Virus record (IMG/VR): IMGVR_UViG_3300027969_000041
Strand: one strand, 5' to 3'
DNA from: a virus
Taxonomy: Duplodnaviria > Caudoviricetes
Length of the DNA: 64,000 nt
Position numbers and translations under genes: made by a program. Below the pieces are notes generated by a model. The model searched no databases, was not told the DNA's origin, and saw only the letters and a program-made list of their open reading frames with translations. Positions 62,301 to 64,000 of the stretch are shown one piece after another (position 1 is the first letter of the stretch; each line of letters begins with the position of its first letter).

Positions 62301-64000
62301 GGCTTGTATTTTGTAGCGGAGCTCCGGACTGATATCTATCAACTAAATCTTCAGTCGGCGTAATATTTTGAATAATTTTTATTGCTAGGTCTCTTAGATA
62401 TGTAACCGCAGCAGTAGTAGTTGTAAGTTCGTTAGCAATATCTCCCACATACCCATCTTGATTCCAATATTGAATACCTGCAAATGTACTTTGACTAAAA
62501 GTTGATGTAGAGTATACTATATCAAATGCAATAGAGTCAATGATTAAACCTACATCTCTTTTACATTTTATTTTATTGTAAGGAAGAGCTTTGGGTGGAA
62601 AACATAAACTATTATTAATATAGTTTAATGTATTTTCTTGCATAAATGCTCTGTTTGCCTGCATTAAAATTTCTGCACTAACAAATGCTGCATCTGGTCC
62701 TGTACTATTATAGATTGCTGGCGCCACATCTGGGCCGTTGTTAATAATGTTGGTAACAATTCCAAAACAATTTGTTATAGAAGCGGATGCAATACTACCG
62801 CCAAGTAAGACTGTGTTTCTTACTTGTGGATTTAAACTTGCTACAGTAAATGTACAAGTGGTATTTGTAATAACTTCTAAGCATCGATCTCTTAGATAAT
62901 TAATAGCCGCAACAGTCTGAGTTTCTTGGCCAGCAATAGCACTAATAACACCGTTGTAATATGCTAGACCGCTCTGAACAGATTTTTCGTTACCACCAAA
63001 TGCAACATCATAAGCACAGTTCTCAATAAGAATAGCAACGTCACGCTTACATTTTTCTTGATTGTAATCAAAAGTAGGAAACTGAGCATTAATTCTAGAA
63101 ATAACTTGTTCTTGTAAGAATGATTTATTTGCCAGCATTAATGTTCTTGCATTAAAAAATCCAGGATTTTGTTGTCCTACATCAACACTCATTCCTTGTA
63201 CAATTGTTCCTGAGCTAACTGAAAGAATAATGCTAGTTGTATTTGCAATCCATGTGCCTGTACCAACTGCATCGGGAATCTGAACAGTTTGATTAGGTGT
63301 AAACAATGTACCGTCACGAAGCCACGGACCGGAAAGATTAGTACAGTTCTGAATGTATGGTGAGTGGAACAAGTCAATTCTATCATCACCCTCTTGTGGA
63401 GGAAACGCTGTACAGAAAGCACCGCGATTAAATCTATCTTGGTAAGGACCTTCTAGTAACCCACTTCGACCATTTAAGAACTGCATGAATGCTAGATAGC
63501 AACCAGATTCAACATGGAACAAGTCTTGAGTTTTATTAATAGGTTCAACGCCTGTTGTACGAATGTCTGATCCCATAACACTAGTATATGGCTTTAATCT
63601 AATCGGGTTATCTTCTAAATAATGTCCTGGACTAACTTGAATTTGTGTACCGGGTTGATAATAAGGACTGTTAACAGCACCTGTAATTGTACGACATGCA
63701 CGACTTGCATCTAATGCACGACCATCGTTAGTGTCGTCTCCGTCCATGGTAACATATAGAACATTAGTAACTACCGGAGCAGTACCAATTGGTTTTGTAC
63801 CTCGTACACGGATATCGCCGATAACATCAGTTAGGCCGCCTTCCGGTGCTAGTGTTAAGTTACTGGCTGTTGTTGAAATAAATGGAGAATAAATCTTTTC
63901 TAAATATGCTTCAGCCCATTGTGTTGATGTATTGCCAATCTTAGAATGACTGTTTAATGTAGGAAGAATGTTTTCTGTTACATTTAAATTTTTACCTAAA
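59302..64000 (-). CDS. Very large virion structural protein (baseplate/fibre-anchor-like), 5' part outside window
   Basis: Frame stays open from 63747 to window end (LYVTMDGDDTNDG motif, repeated KCKRD helical modules). Confidence 0.8.
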   Translation of the reverse strand, partial: LGKNLNVTENILPTLNSHSKIGNTSTQWAEAYLEKIYSPFISTTASNLTLAPEGGLTDVIGDIRVRGTKPIGTAPVVTNVLYVTMDGDDTNDGRALDASRACRTITGAVNSPYYQPGTQIQVSPGHYLEDNPIRLKPYTSVMGSDIRTTGVEPINKTQDLFHVESGCYLAFMQFLNGRSGLLEGPYQDRFNRGAFCTAFPPQEGDDRIDLFHSPYIQNCTNLSGPWLRDGTLFTPNQTVQIPDAVGTGTWIANTTSIILSVSSGTIVQGMSVDVGQQNPGFFNARTLMLANKSFLQEQVISRINAQFPTFDYNQEKCKRDVAILIENCAYDVAFGGNEKSVQSGLAYYNGVISAIAGQETQTVAAINYLRDRCLEVITNTTCTFTVASLNPQVRNTVLLGGSIASASITNCFGIVTNIINNGPDVAPAIYNSTGPDAAFVSAEILMQANRAFMQENTLNYINNSLCFPPKALPYNKIKCKRDVGLIIDSIAFDIVYSTSTFSQSTFAGIQYWNQDGYVGDIANELTTTTAAVTYLRDLAIKIIQNITPTEDLVDRYQSGAPLQNTSLEAATADEALIIANEFNIILDILGGNSLGWSDKIITNGNKSNLFSVENAVDLLQANKTYMKNEVVAYIDQTYPTFVGHYDPVKCKRDIGYMIDSVSFDLLHGGNRQAVQSGLAYYAANTTQITIENEEAETTDAFQYLATIAGNVIQNIAVTPLQTKIDQVFGATTATASESTLISKAISTVTNIISNGPVGYLYSPIGLTASSSTTVLTAFNNLIANKSFLQAEVVAYIDNKYNPNSFKYDEELCYRDTGLLIDAVSQDILLGGNSKSVEAGVAYWNQGYNYVAGQETTTTMAITYIKDIALQIIANTPITPQTGTQSTQVINTFFQYGGDYMPQQAVARNFHIISDIITRGKEYAPPVYQGGGLYALTGINGLDVKLSPKVTSVTNISTGTYLIGLNTATIGFGTNSTLYFGDTLVFPKQDKDVPDQWAQRRVDPIGGMGGSLVDGAVISTRSPINSFVYDAFTQLTQGGRGVRITNDGYAQLVSVFTIFSSVGVQVDNGGIASIVNSNANFGDLCLVAKGYGTRKFTGTIYNPAYKAYPKGTDLDQYYPNGYWPNNARVEAFIPDLNDRPHISLVMEVLPPTGHLNEQAFPGFLNAVPSLSSLTTGSITISNINTDGIAIGNALYVRDQYGSQTGTNGLLYAATGTIVSDLGYRSVTLNYALTSGGGEVGNDNFFNLYFCGNAYYTVLSSEVAENPKTNGVNLLSAAATGGTDQVAQHVTALTRMNTVVNQIISNTVVTTSTGVTTHQLIDNLVTGGAAAQTFINLRFGEIISIVSTATVTQAEAIIPEKIRTRTGPDVQGGGSAIALLEHNTDFIIDEINCYVKSTNPGFVYDENKCKRDVKIILQRLIYDIETGGRYNSVMTGLSYWSRSGTHHIVSLGENVRRNDLFPDGSEINFYQRSYISASGYVFEYVGAGTNYGALPQFGIADPVQGKETVQLGSGKVFFTSTDQNGDFRIGPGLVISQATGVLSGRTFTKSLFANMTPFILAIEGGNL

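Noticed and set aside
48298-63422. Plus-strand ORFs within fibre genes (48298, 49009, 50224, 51059, 55301, 56167, 56440, 57344, 61583) and off-frame 63189
   Set aside because: Antisense or alternative-frame shadows of repetitive Thr/Gly/Ala codons.
1-64000. Stop-codon recoding or lysogeny module
   Set aside because: Core genes are intact under the standard code and all three stops are used; no integrase or repressor/att pair is visible.

Overview
A 64 kb segment of a large lytic T4-like myophage genome. No integrase, tRNA or CRISPR array is visible. The host is probably a Proteobacterium (inference). There are three parts. (1) About 0.5-12.8 kb, + strand, about 50% GC by spot counts: an early/host-takeover region of about 40 small, mostly unknown genes driven by 22 near-consensus sigma70 promoter cassettes and preceded by a cluster of DnaA boxes. 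(2) About 13-29.6 kb, mostly - strand: replication and recombination genes (gp41 helicase, gp61 primase, gp62-like, UvsW, UvsY, UvsX, gp32), a miniature DnaE-like polymerase, a nucleotidyltransferase, YqgE/AlgH and an HldE-type nucleotide-sugar module. (3) About 29.7-64 kb, about 30-38% GC: packaging and morphogenesis genes (gp17, gp16, gp4, gp19, gp18, gp13-15) and long Ser/Thr/Ala-rich fibre proteins, many with a T4 late-type TAAATA box only 5-7 nt before the start codon. The most unusual signals are a transcription unit (4991-5500) whose coding strand has no TC or CC dinucleotide at all, a promoter-driven structured ncRNA of about 227 nt (3360-3586) closed by a 25-bp stem, and the symmetric DnaA-box cluster (275-398). 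All product calls come from recognising motifs by eye; no database search was run.
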